NCBI GenBank assembly: GCA_030586555.1
Contig: JAURAC010000008.1
Location: 1 to 64,000 of the forward strand
DNA: 64,000 nt
Direction of reading: 5' to 3'
Source of the DNA: Candidatus Subterrananammoxibius californiae
GTDB lineage: Bacteria; Planctomycetota; Brocadiia; Brocadiales; Subterrananammoxibiaceae
Part shown: positions 21,686-30,073 of the stretch, in pieces
How the letters are laid out: each line of letters starts with the position of its first letter
How positions within the stretch are numbered: the stretch's first letter is position 1
Program-made: the position numbers and the translations under genes
Notes under the pieces: generated by a model
Told to the model about the DNA's origin: nothing
Database searches by the model: none
What the model saw: only the letters and a program-made list of their open reading frames with translations

Positions 21686-23800
21686 TTAAGCCTTTTTGCC
21701 TATATCTGGTTCACTGCCATTACCATAATATTTGTAATAACGATAGTAGCCGTAACCCCCATTTAATATTCTTTGTTTGTTTAAAACAGCGCCTAAAAGT
21801 GGAGCCTTGGCTACTCGCAGAATCTCACCCATTTGAGTAACGGTTTGAATGGTGGACCTGCCACTTTCTACCACATTTACAACGCCATCCATGTATCGGG
21901 ATATAAATATGGCATCGTCCACCACAAGCGCTGGAGCCGAGTCCAGCACAAGGATATCATATTTTCCTGTTAAATCGGTGACTAATTGCTGCATCTTCTG
22001 GGATTCTAATAACCTGGCGGGGTCTGGAGGAATCGGACCCGATGGTAAAACGCTCAACCCTTCGAGGTCTGTATTGAAAATAGCATCATTCACGTTTTTT
22101 TCACCTAATAGAACGTTTGTAATACCTACGGTGTTTGGTATGTTAAAATGCTTATGCACATTGGGCCTTCTCAGGTCTGTATCAATAAGGAGAACCCTTT
22201 TGCCTTCCCTTGCCAGGGCAATACTCAGGTTAACAGCCGTTAAGGTCTTGCCTTCTTTGGGCCCAGCGCTTGTTATCAGGATGCGTCTTAATGGCTTATC
22301 TAAGCTGGAGAAGCTAATACTGTTTCTGATTGTTCTGTAGGATTCACAAATAGGGTCTGTAAGCTTCCTTTTAGAAATAATGTGCGGGGAACTCCTCTTC
22401 ATCCATGGAATAACCCCTAAAAATGGAACATTCTCGACCTTTTCAATATCTTCGGTAGTTTTTATTGTGGTATCGAGGTTTTCAAATAGTAGGGCAAGCC
22501 CAACGCTGCTAAGCAGTCCAAGGATAATTCCTATTGCAAAGTTTAATACCTTTTTTGGCTTAGTGGGCATCCCTAAAGGCAACTCAATCGCAGGGTCAAC
22601 GATACGGATGTTTGAAAGGGTTGTTGCCTCTGCAATGCCAATCTCATTTTTGCGCTGTAAGAGGAACTTGTAGATGTTTTCTGCAACGGTAAGTCGGAGT
22701 TGAAGCTTGGCATATTTCATGACCTTTTCGGGTAGTGTTTTGAAAAGGGCGGAGTATTTATCTATATCTGCGTTTACCCCTGCAAGATGAACCTCGAGGG
22801 ATGCTATTTCTCTTTCTAAACCTGACAGAAGAAGGTTTGAGTCCTGATAAACAGCAACCTCTTTAGCAAGGTCTTCTTTTGCCTTTTCAAGTTGACTTCT
22901 TATAGAGATTACCTCCGGATGGTCTTCTTTTAATTCAAGGGTTGCCTTGACTAACTGTAGTTCAAGCTCCGTAATTTTTTCCCTCTGTAACCTTACCATG
23001 GGGTTTTCTGTCATAACGTTAGGAAGCACCCTGGTGGTATCCATCTTGCCGACCTGCTCCTTTAATACACGAAGCTTTGCTTTTGATTGTTCAAGGTCTA
23101 TGACATTATCTTCCTTCTGTTGGTAAAGCTCGGCGAGCTTGGTAATTGCCACTTTTATCTCTGAATCAAGGTCAACGGTTTGTTCCTTTTCTTTAAACTC
23201 TTTAAAGTTCGAGAGGTATGTGAGGTAGTCCCTATTGACCTTCTCGATTTGGTCGTCAATGAACGCCCTGGCGCTTGCGTATTCTTCCCTTACGTGATTG
23301 AGACTATATTCAACAATCCCTTCTGCTAAGGAATTTGCTATACCTTGCGATAGTTTGGGGTTCTTTGTATTACACGTTATTGTGAAGAGATTTGTATCGC
23401 CAAATCGGGCTATGCTAACGGTTGGTAAAGGCAATATCTGCGAAAGAATACCTGGTTTTAACAGCTTATCCGGTTGCATGGGGTTGCCGTTTTTGTCTTT
23501 TAAATCGTACTTTTTTATTACACCTTCAACAATAGGCCTAATCGAGGCCATAGCTATTGCCGTATTAACTTCTGTATCTGAGCCTGTCGTTACGAGGCTT
23601 CCAAAATCTTTGAAGGTTGAACTTATTAAAGAAGAGCTTGAAGATGTGGGGGTAGTCATTATCAAGAGCTTGGCGTATGTTTCATAGACAGGTGGTATTA
23701 GGTATGTGAGTGCTGTCGTAGCGCCTATGATTACAATGAATGCCTGGATTGCAACCCACTTCCTTCTCCTGAGGATATTGAAAAACTCTTTTATGTTCAT
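21686..23800 (-). CDS. wzc: Polysaccharide co-polymerase / tyrosine autokinase
   Basis: Two TMs flanking a coiled coil, ESYRTIR, Walker A SAGPKEGKT, DTDLRRP, C-terminal Tyr cluster GYGYYRYYKYY. Confidence 0.93.
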   Translation of the reverse strand: MNIKEFFNILRRRKWVAIQAFIVIIGATTALTYLIPPVYETYAKLLIMTTPTSSSSSLISSTFKDFGSLVTTGSDTEVNTAIAMASIRPIVEGVIKKYDLKDKNGNPMQPDKLLKPGILSQILPLPTVSIARFGDTNLFTITCNTKNPKLSQGIANSLAEGIVEYSLNHVREEYASARAFIDDQIEKVNRDYLTYLSNFKEFKEKEQTVDLDSEIKVAITKLAELYQQKEDNVIDLEQSKAKLRVLKEQVGKMDTTRVLPNVMTENPMVRLQREKITELELQLVKATLELKEDHPEVISIRSQLEKAKEDLAKEVAVYQDSNLLLSGLEREIASLEVHLAGVNADIDKYSALFKTLPEKVMKYAKLQLRLTVAENIYKFLLQRKNEIGIAEATTLSNIRIVDPAIELPLGMPTKPKKVLNFAIGIILGLLSSVGLALLFENLDTTIKTTEDIEKVENVPFLGVIPWMKRSSPHIISKRKLTDPICESYRTIRNSISFSSLDKPLRRILITSAGPKEGKTLTAVNLSIALAREGKRVLLIDTDLRRPNVHKHFNIPNTVGITNVLLGEKNVNDAIFNTDLEGLSVLPSGPIPPDPARLLESQKMQQLVTDLTGKYDILVLDSAPALVVDDAIFISRYMDGVVNVVESGRSTIQTVTQMGEILRVAKAPLLGAVLNKQRILNGGYGYYRYYKYYGNGSEPDIGKKA

Positions 23801-24029
23801 CTAAATCTCCACTTGAAAAGCTAATCCGCCAGAGGCGGGCTAACCATTGGCGATGGACGACAGTAGTTGGCTACCTATGAAGTTTCTTAATGGTATCAAA
23901 AAAAGCTGGAGATTTCAAGGGATAAATTTATGCTGGCTGGCGCTACAAAGGGTTAAAAGGTAAAGAGGTTAAAAGGCTGAGAGGCACAGAGGCGACTTTT
24001 CACCTTTTAACATTTTCGCCTCTTAGCCT

Positions 24030-25292
24030 CTAATCTGTTGATTCCATTTGAGAAAGCTTGCTTCTTATTTCTGAGATTAAAAGGGCTTCATTGGTATGTT
24101 TAAGACACTTACGATAATATTCGATAGCTTGCTCAAGCTTGCCGTTCTTTTCCATGGCGGCGCCAAGATAATAGTAAACATCCGGGTCTGTTTTACACAC
24201 AAGCAATGCGTTCTGAAGCGTTTCTATGTGTTGCTGTTCCATACCTTTTACTTTATATGCAAGTGCCAACTCTTTGTAATGGGCTAATGTATTAATTGGA
24301 CAAATCTTGATGGCTTTGGAGTGTGTTTCGATAACTTTATCCATGGTGCCTTTTTTCTCATATGCTTTAGCGAGTTCTTCGAAAGGGTCAATGCCCATAG
24401 ACTGCAATATTTCAAGGTGTTCGTTCTGTTGAGGGTCAAATAATGTTAAGATTCTTTCCCCTGTAGCAATTATTTCTTCCTCCATGCCTGGTAGCTCAAG
24501 GTAAATTGAAAGCAATGAAACTGGCGGGGCAAGAGAATCGGGTATTATAGAGGAAAGTTCCCCTAATTTTTGGATAGTTACTTCATATGTATATAATCCC
24601 TGCTTGTAACGGCTTACAATGTTATTGGTATCATGTTGTGCATTGGCACTCCTGCATGCTTTAGTTACATCGAGCGTCAAGGAATTTACAATATCAGGAA
24701 GCCGTTCAAAACTTTCTGCATCTGCCGTTAACGAGGCAAGGGTACGACTACATTTTGCGCCGATGAGTTCAATATCAACCCGTATTTTTTCTCCAAACTG
24801 GTTCATGCCCCCTGCAATCGCAAAGTCTGCATCTAATTTTTCTGCGAACTTAATTATTGTATGCCTTTCAAGCCTGAATGGCATATCCAGCCAGCCAACC
24901 TTGCCTTTACGTTTAGTCTTCCTCGTACTATCAGTGTCCTGCTGCCTGACCGAGGTGGAAGTATCATTAAATTTGTAACCCCCAATGTAAAAATTATCGC
25001 CGGGTGCAAATTCCACAATGGTTTCAAAGGTCTCGCCCCGTTCGATGACCTTAAAATATCCGGTTTTGATAAGCTCACTGCGCAATAAGTCGTCTGCAGA
25101 GTCAGCGGCGGTTGGTACGTCGGTATTATTTTGGAATGGCAGTATAATCATAGTATACCGTGTGTCGTCATTATTCTGTAGAGACGCAATGTTCGCCAAA
25201 AGGATGGCGAATCCGCCTCTGGCGTGACATTGCGTCTCTACAAAAATGACTATAATTATACTGGCACATACCATTATCGTTTTGTATCTCAT
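24030..25292 (-). CDS. Secreted protein with CsgG/TolB_N-like N-terminal domain and TPR repeats
   Basis: Signal peptide; ILPFQN...YFKVIER...LDADFAIAG pattern; C-terminal TPRs (YYYLGAAME..G...AIEYY). Confidence 0.6.
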   Translation of the reverse strand: MRYKTIMVCASIIIVIFVETQCHARGGFAILLANIASLQNNDDTRYTMIILPFQNNTDVPTAADSADDLLRSELIKTGYFKVIERGETFETIVEFAPGDNFYIGGYKFNDTSTSVRQQDTDSTRKTKRKGKVGWLDMPFRLERHTIIKFAEKLDADFAIAGGMNQFGEKIRVDIELIGAKCSRTLASLTADAESFERLPDIVNSLTLDVTKACRSANAQHDTNNIVSRYKQGLYTYEVTIQKLGELSSIIPDSLAPPVSLLSIYLELPGMEEEIIATGERILTLFDPQQNEHLEILQSMGIDPFEELAKAYEKKGTMDKVIETHSKAIKICPINTLAHYKELALAYKVKGMEQQHIETLQNALLVCKTDPDVYYYLGAAMEKNGKLEQAIEYYRKCLKHTNEALLISEIRSKLSQMESTD

Positions 25293-25318
25293 ACGCCCCT
25301 TCTCCTTCTTGTTTTTCC

Positions 25319-25393
25319 GGTAGACAACGAACTTTATGTTCGTTGATTCCAGCGATATGCAGGAATCAACGAGGTAAAACCTCGTTGTCTACC
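25319..25393. repeat. GTAG-type REP doublet (gtagacaacg...cgttgtctac)
   Basis: Two inverted hairpin units; relatives at 26614-26681, 34122-34175, 37875-37934. Confidence 0.8.
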
Positions 25394-25499
25394 TTTAAAA
25401 CACAGAAAGCCCGTGGTAGACAAGCATCCCTCCTGTCTCTACGGGCTTTTTGTTCAGCTATGTGGTATGCAGGGACTCAAAAAATTGAGCCCCTACTTC

Positions 25500-25697
25500 T
25501 TAGTGAACCAAAAAAAACCTGCAATCCGTGCCGTTTTTACCAATTTTTATCTGTATGTGGCGAAAACATCCAGGACATCTTCCTTCGTAGGCTGTATTAT
25601 CCTTATTTACATAGATTCTGGTATATTTACCGCAACAGCCAAATTTTACACCGAGGAATTTCCTGGACCTTTTTAACTGTAACACTTTTTCTGTCAT
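25500..25697 (-). CDS. Small Cys-rich hypothetical protein (CC...CPxC)
   Basis: FLGVKFGCCGKYTRIY...YEGRCPGC...GTDCRFF; co-oriented downstream of flgM. Confidence 0.65.
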   Translation of the reverse strand: MTEKVLQLKRSRKFLGVKFGCCGKYTRIYVNKDNTAYEGRCPGCFRHIQIKIGKNGTDCRFFLVH

Positions 25698-25826
25698 TGG
25701 TGGTTAATTTAGGGCATGCAATAGGGCTGGGGTATAGGCTCCCTCATAACTCTTATATTTTATATTGAAGAGAGCCCGGGGGCCGGGAGGATGAGGCCCT
25801 ATGCAATGCCCTTATCGGTTTCGCGT

Positions 25827-26159
25827 TTAACGCATATCACCAGAACTCGCTTTGAACTCTTTCAAAAGGATTTCTGCTGTCTCTTTAATAACCTCTTTTG
25901 TGTCATAGAAGCCTTTTTGGATTTTACTGCGTGCCGCATCTACCTTTTCATGCCTTACATCGGGAATTTTATTTAATTCTGTCTTTAAGTTTGCAATGGT
26001 CTTTTCAAGGTCTTGAGCGTCCTTTGATATTTCTACAATGTCTGATGTGGAAGATGCACCTTCTCTGACCTCTGCCTTAACAGGGACAACATCTTTTTCA
26101 AGCTTTTTAATTGGTTGTATCGGTGTATTTCCAGACGAACCAGAAACCTTTCCTATCAT
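25827..26159 (-). CDS. flgM: Anti-sigma-28 factor FlgM
   Basis: DIVEISKDA, PDVRHEKVDAARSKIQKGFY motifs; sigma-28 promoter upstream. Confidence 0.88.
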   Translation of the reverse strand: MIGKVSGSSGNTPIQPIKKLEKDVVPVKAEVREGASSTSDIVEISKDAQDLEKTIANLKTELNKIPDVRHEKVDAARSKIQKGFYDTKEVIKETAEILLKEFKASSGDMR

Positions 26160-26229
26160 CTTTTTTGAGTTCCTCTCTCTTTTTTTATGGAAGAAGTATT
26201 CAATGTTCTAAACGACAAAAACATCGCCC

Positions 26230-26478
26230 TGTCACGCGACGGGGCGCCACGTCGCATGACGTGGCGTAATACCCTGCGTGACAATTGGTCCGCCACCTGC
26301 CTGGGGTAGGACTTCGGGCGGGGTGACTGAAAAGCATTAGCCCGAGTTAGCATCCCATCTTATCTCTTGGGTACGGGGCACGACAGGTGCCACCACGGCC
26401 GGTCCGACCACGGCCTAAAGGGTCAAAATGCCCATCCTTCTTTTAAGATAAGCGCGACGCTTTCTTTTCAGACACCCC
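26230..26478 (-). ncRNA. Unassigned structured RNA candidate in the flgM leader
   Basis: GC-rich non-coding block with nested stems: 26320-26334/26464-26478, 26359-26365/26446-26452, 26230-26237/26276-26283, 26245-26253/26258-26266; strand inferred from the promoter. Confidence 0.55.
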
Positions 26479-26505
26479 AACCATTTGGGCTATTTGTATA
26501 CTTTA

Positions 26506-26532
26506 TTATCGGCATATCCTTTAAAAAATTTA
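26506..26532 (-). promoter_or_regulatory. Sigma-28 (FliA) promoter
   Basis: Exact TAAA-N15-GCCGATAA on the minus strand, pointing at flgM. Confidence 0.88.
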
Positions 26533-26567
26533 TACTTTTTTTGTGAATTTTGCAGAATATTTTAACC

Positions 26568-26596
26568 TTGACCGAGGGAAATGTAAATAGTATAAA
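26568..26596 (+). promoter_or_regulatory. Sigma-70-type promoter for tRNA-Arg/tadA
   Basis: TTGACC-N17-TATAAA. Confidence 0.6.
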
Positions 26597-26717
26597 TGGT
26601 TATATATAGTAGTGGTAGACAACACTGTTTATTCCACCTCAGACGGATTGAAATCAACGGACATAAAGTCCGTTGTCTATCAATCTTAGGATATGTGGTA
26701 AGTTATAAATCCTTGAT

Positions 26718-26791
26718 GCGCCCATAGCTCAATCGGAAAGAGTAACGGTCTACGAAACCGGGGGTTGGAGGTTCGATTCCTCCTGGGCGCA
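26718..26791 (+). tRNA. tRNA-Arg(ACG)
   Basis: Acceptor GCGCCCA/TGGGCGC, anticodon loop CTACGAA, GGTTCGATTCC T-arm; CCA not encoded. Confidence 0.95.
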
Positions 26792-26890
26792 CTTATCTCT
26801 TTTAAAAAAGAGGCAAGCCAGAAAACTTTAAGATAAGGGTGGCATGGACAAACTTGTTTGTCCGTGCTCAGAAGTAGGGTGGAAAAGACC

Positions 26891-27346
26891 TTGCACAACC
26901 ACGAATACTATATGGAGCAAGCCCTCAAGGAGGCAAAGGAGGCGCTTGAAAAGGACGAGGTGCCCGTTGGCGCAGTTATAGTACATAATGGCAGTATAAT
27001 TGCAAGGGCTCATAACCAGCGCGAGATGCTAAAAGACCCTACTGCGCACGCCGAAATGATTGCCATAACCCAAGCGGCTGATTATCTGCAAAACTGGCGT
27101 CTAACAGGCGCTACAATTTACGTGACCAAGGAGCCATGTGCTATGTGCGCAGGGGCGCTTGTGCAGGCGAGGGTTGATACGCTTGTCTATGGCGCCCCCG
27201 ATGCGAAAGGCGGCGCTTGCCAGTCTGTGGTAAATCTTGTACAGGAGCCAAGGTTTAATCACCGTTTAAAGGTAATTTCAGGCGTATTGAACAATGAATG
27301 CGTAAAAATCCTGCAGGAATTTTTCTCGGATAGGTGCCGGAAATGA
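26891..27346 (+). CDS. tadA: tRNA adenosine(34) deaminase
   Basis: EVPVGA, DPTAHAE, EPCAMC, FNH motifs; exact start uncertain (TTG 26891 or ATG 26912). Confidence 0.93.
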   Translation: MHNHEYYMEQALKEAKEALEKDEVPVGAVIVHNGSIIARAHNQREMLKDPTAHAEMIAITQAADYLQNWRLTGATIYVTKEPCAMCAGALVQARVDTLVYGAPDAKGGACQSVVNLVQEPRFNHRLKVISGVLNNECVKILQEFFSDRCRK

Positions 27347-27453
27347 GCAAATAAAGCAACGAGCAATGAGTACAGAGCAATGAGTGCAAAGCAATGAGCG
27401 ATGAGTGAAAATCTTTTACTCATTGCTCATCGCTCGTTGCTAATTACCTGTTT

Positions 27454-27489
27454 GGAGAGGTGCCTGAGCGGTTGAAAGGGACGGTCTCG
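27454..27489 (+). pseudogene. 5' fragment of tRNA-Ser(CGA), att-like duplication
   Basis: 35/36 identical to 30074-30109, breaking off in the anticodon loop; upstream flank is also duplicated. Confidence 0.85.
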
Positions 27490-27544
27490 CCACCCGATTG
27501 TAGGCGCAAAAATGTTGCCATAGAAGATTTACTGAAATAAAAAT

Positions 27545-28267
27545 ATGAGTAATATTACTAAACAAGATATACTTGACGCCATCCGTCGAACTGCAAAAGA
27601 GAATGGTGGGAAACCTTTAGGCATAAATAGATTTGCAAATGAAATTGGAATAAAACCTTATGATTGGAAAAAATATTGGGCTCGGTTTGGAGATGCGCAG
27701 AAAGAAGCTGGGTTTGAACCAAACACACTGACTCCAGCATACTCCGATGATTTTTTGATTAAAAAAATTATTGATCTCATACGTAAACTGGGCAAATTTC
27801 CTACACAAGGAGAATTGAGATTAGAAAAAAGAAATGATCCTGAATTCCCTGGTAGAAGTTTCAAAGAACAAAAGAGAAAACTTGCTTCTAAAATAATTGA
27901 ATGGTGCGAAGGAAAAAGTGAATACAATGACATTATTGAATTCTGTAAACCTGTTCTTGAAGAATTTGGCGTAAAAGAAGACTCTGACGACACTAATATA
28001 CACAAAGAGGTGGGCGAGGTCTACCTTTACAAATCAGGCCACTATTATAAGATTGGTAAAACCGATGATACTGTAAGACGCGGTAAAGAGATTAGGATAC
28101 AATTACCTGAAAGAACTGACTTAATTCACTCCATTAAAACTGATGACCCAAGTGGAATTGAAGCGTACTGGCATAAGCGCTTTGAAGCAAAAAGAATGCA
28201 AGGAGAGTGGTTTAATTTAAACGCTGCTGATGTAAAAGCATTTAAGCGATGGAGACGTATAGTCTGA
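27545..28267 (+). CDS. GIY-YIG (T5orf172/MUG113-like) nuclease with N-terminal homing-endonuclease-associated repeats
   Basis: GEVYL..YKIGKT...R..E, E..WHKRF...GEWF; N-terminal FGDAQKEAG / LGKFPT repeats. Confidence 0.75.
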   Translation: MSNITKQDILDAIRRTAKENGGKPLGINRFANEIGIKPYDWKKYWARFGDAQKEAGFEPNTLTPAYSDDFLIKKIIDLIRKLGKFPTQGELRLEKRNDPEFPGRSFKEQKRKLASKIIEWCEGKSEYNDIIEFCKPVLEEFGVKEDSDDTNIHKEVGEVYLYKSGHYYKIGKTDDTVRRGKEIRIQLPERTDLIHSIKTDDPSGIEAYWHKRFEAKRMQGEWFNLNAADVKAFKRWRRIV

Positions 28268-28426
28268 AAGTTTAGAAAAAAGAATTTGCCGCTAAAGAGG
28301 AAAATCAGTTATGATTTTCCTTGCGGGCTACCACCCGCTAAAAACTTGAAATCCTCCGTTCCATAGGCACCGCAAGAGGGGGATGGTGGATGGTTGTGTT
28401 TTATTGGTTGAATTGGTTTATTTATT

Positions 28427-28555
28427 ATGGCTCTAAAAGAGTATGTAGTTCCCTACGGCGAAGAGGCAAGGAAAAGGCATTATCATCAGACGCAAAGAGG
28501 GTTGTTAGTAAAATTTATGGTTCAATTAGAGATTAAACATGATGGAATAAGATGA
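28427..28555 (+). pseudogene. Probable truncated small gene (42 aa) coupled to the MNT gene
   Basis: MALKEYVVPYGEEARKRHYHQTQRGLLVKFMVQLEIKHDGIR*, ATGA overlap with the next gene; not in the ORF track. Confidence 0.45.
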
Positions 28556-28890
28556 AACCAAACGCAAAATCCAGGAAAAATAAAACTGATAAAATATCTG
28601 CTGAATTTGCAGAAATTCTTAGAAAAAGATTAAAGGAGCGTCTTAGAAAAACTATTTTATTCGGCTCTCATGCCCGAGGCGATTTTACCGAAGGCTCTGA
28701 TTATGATTTTTTGGTCGTTGTGGATAAAAGAGAAAAAAGGATTCAGGAGATTGTTTTAGATGCATCCGTGGAAATATTGAATAAACATTACGCTTTAATA
28801 GGATGTATAGTTTGCGATGAAGAAGAATGGGAAAGGAAAAAAAGATTCCCAATAGGATTGAATATATTAAAAGAGGGAATAGAATTGTGA
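28552..28890 (+). CDS. Minimal nucleotidyltransferase (MNT) antitoxin
   Basis: LFGSHARGD...SDYD motif. Confidence 0.88.
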   Translation: MKPNAKSRKNKTDKISAEFAEILRKRLKERLRKTILFGSHARGDFTEGSDYDFLVVVDKREKRIQEIVLDASVEILNKHYALIGCIVCDEEEWERKKRFPIGLNILKEGIEL

Positions 28891-29309
28891 AGCCTGGCGA
28901 GATTGATGTTATAAAGATGACGCTTTTAAAGGCTCGTGAAAAACTGAAAACCGCCCAAATAGATTTTGATAACCAAAGATACGACGACTCTGTTTCCCGT
29001 GCATATTATGCAGTTTTTCACTCTATTTCTGCTGTGCTGCTCTCAAAGGGATTACATTTTTCATCACATGGTCAGACCGTAGGCGCCTTTACAAGAGAGT
29101 TTATCAAAACAAAAGAGTTCCCTGCTTTATTTGCAAAAGTGATAGAGAAATTGTTTAATGAGCGACAAACAAGCGATTATGATGTTGAAACTCAGATTGA
29201 TGCCGATGTTGCTCAAGAAGATTTGGAGCATGCGGAAAACATATTAAGTGCTTGCGAAGAATATTTAGCAAAAATATATAAAGTCAAAAACACCTATTGG
29301 AAAGAGTAA
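28887..29309 (+). CDS. HEPN-domain protein
   Basis: SRAYYAVFH, SH, RQTSDY; GTGA overlap with MNT. Confidence 0.88.
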   Translation: MKPGEIDVIKMTLLKAREKLKTAQIDFDNQRYDDSVSRAYYAVFHSISAVLLSKGLHFSSHGQTVGAFTREFIKTKEFPALFAKVIEKLFNERQTSDYDVETQIDADVAQEDLEHAENILSACEEYLAKIYKVKNTYWKE

Positions 29310-29399
29310 CATGGGAAATTATTTTAATTCCTCGAAAAGAAAGGCGAGTATGTAAAGTATTTTGGATTGCTGCTTTTGGAGTAAAGGAAAGGCTCTTTA

Positions 29400-29687
29400 T
29401 TGGCTATAATCCATACAATCAGGGAAAGAGTGGCAAGACAAGAATATGAGTTTACAATTCCACACTTTTTCGAAGAAATGGCGAATGATAACCTTACTTT
29501 TGCAGATATTAAAATGGCTATTGCCAATGGACGGATAAGACGTAAGTTTACCCGAGACCGCAGAGGAACACGTTATGAGGTTGTTGGTCCTGCAACTGAC
29601 GGAAGGGAAATTACGATTATTTGCAGGGTTAAGAGTACTGGAAAACTATTATTAATTACAACTTACGCCCTGGAGGAAATAAGATGA
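29400..29687 (+). CDS. DUF4258-like putative toxin
   Basis: YEFTIPHFFEEM, RGTRYEVVG, LLITTY; paired with a YgiT-type finger. Confidence 0.75.
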   Translation: MAIIHTIRERVARQEYEFTIPHFFEEMANDNLTFADIKMAIANGRIRRKFTRDRRGTRYEVVGPATDGREITIICRVKSTGKLLLITTYALEEIR

Positions 29688-30019
29688 AAACAAAAAAAAC
29701 GAGAACTTGTCCTGAACTTGCTTCAGGATATGATTATGGAGAATGCGAGATTTGCAATACCCCTATGCAAGAGAAGCGTATCAAACAAGATTTCTGGATT
29801 CGAGGGGAACTTATCGTTGTAGAGGATGTACCTGCGGGGGTATGTCCACAATGTGGTGAAAAGGTAGTTAAGGCTGATGTAGGACGACGTATTACAAAGT
29901 TAATAGAAAATTCTGAACGGATTGCAAAAGCGCCAAAAATTTCCGTTCCCACAATTAAGTTTGTGGCGACGGCTTCCAAAACAAGTTCCTCGAAAAGAAG
30001 GGCGAAAATGAGCAAGTAA
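29684..30019 (+). CDS. YgiT/MqsA-type zinc-finger antitoxin
   Basis: CEIC...VEDVPAGVCPQCGE. Confidence 0.8.
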   Translation: MKTKKTRTCPELASGYDYGECEICNTPMQEKRIKQDFWIRGELIVVEDVPAGVCPQCGEKVVKADVGRRITKLIENSERIAKAPKISVPTIKFVATASKTSSSKRRAKMSK

Positions 30020-30073
30020 AGCAATGCGTTACTCATTGCTCATGGCTCGTCGCTCGTTGCTAATTATCTGTTT

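Larger units (their letters stand above)
27490..30005. mobile_element. Integrase-less mini-island at tRNA-Ser carrying nuclease and toxin-antitoxin genes
   Basis: Bounded by direct repeats 27341-27489 and 30006-30109; AT-rich cargo. Confidence 0.7.

Noticed and set aside
25812..25829. Second sigma-28 promoter downstream of flgM
   Set aside because: A CCGATAA-like -10 is present but there is no TAAA at the 15-nt spacing
26156..26353. 65-aa ORF in the flgM leader
   Set aside because: No motif or clear RBS; overlaps the hairpin block, better explained as structured RNA
26359..26452. SAM-I or c-di-GMP riboswitch call for the cttatct...agataag stem
   Set aside because: The P1-like stem is present but the conserved cores (SAM-I GAGGGA/GCAACC; GEMM GCAAA/GAAA tetraloop) are absent; left unassigned
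26686..26898. 70-aa minus-strand ORF
   Set aside because: Antisense translation of tRNA-Arg plus a repeat
27454..27530. Second functional tRNA-Ser
   Set aside because: Similarity ends in the anticodon loop; no T-arm or 3' acceptor strand
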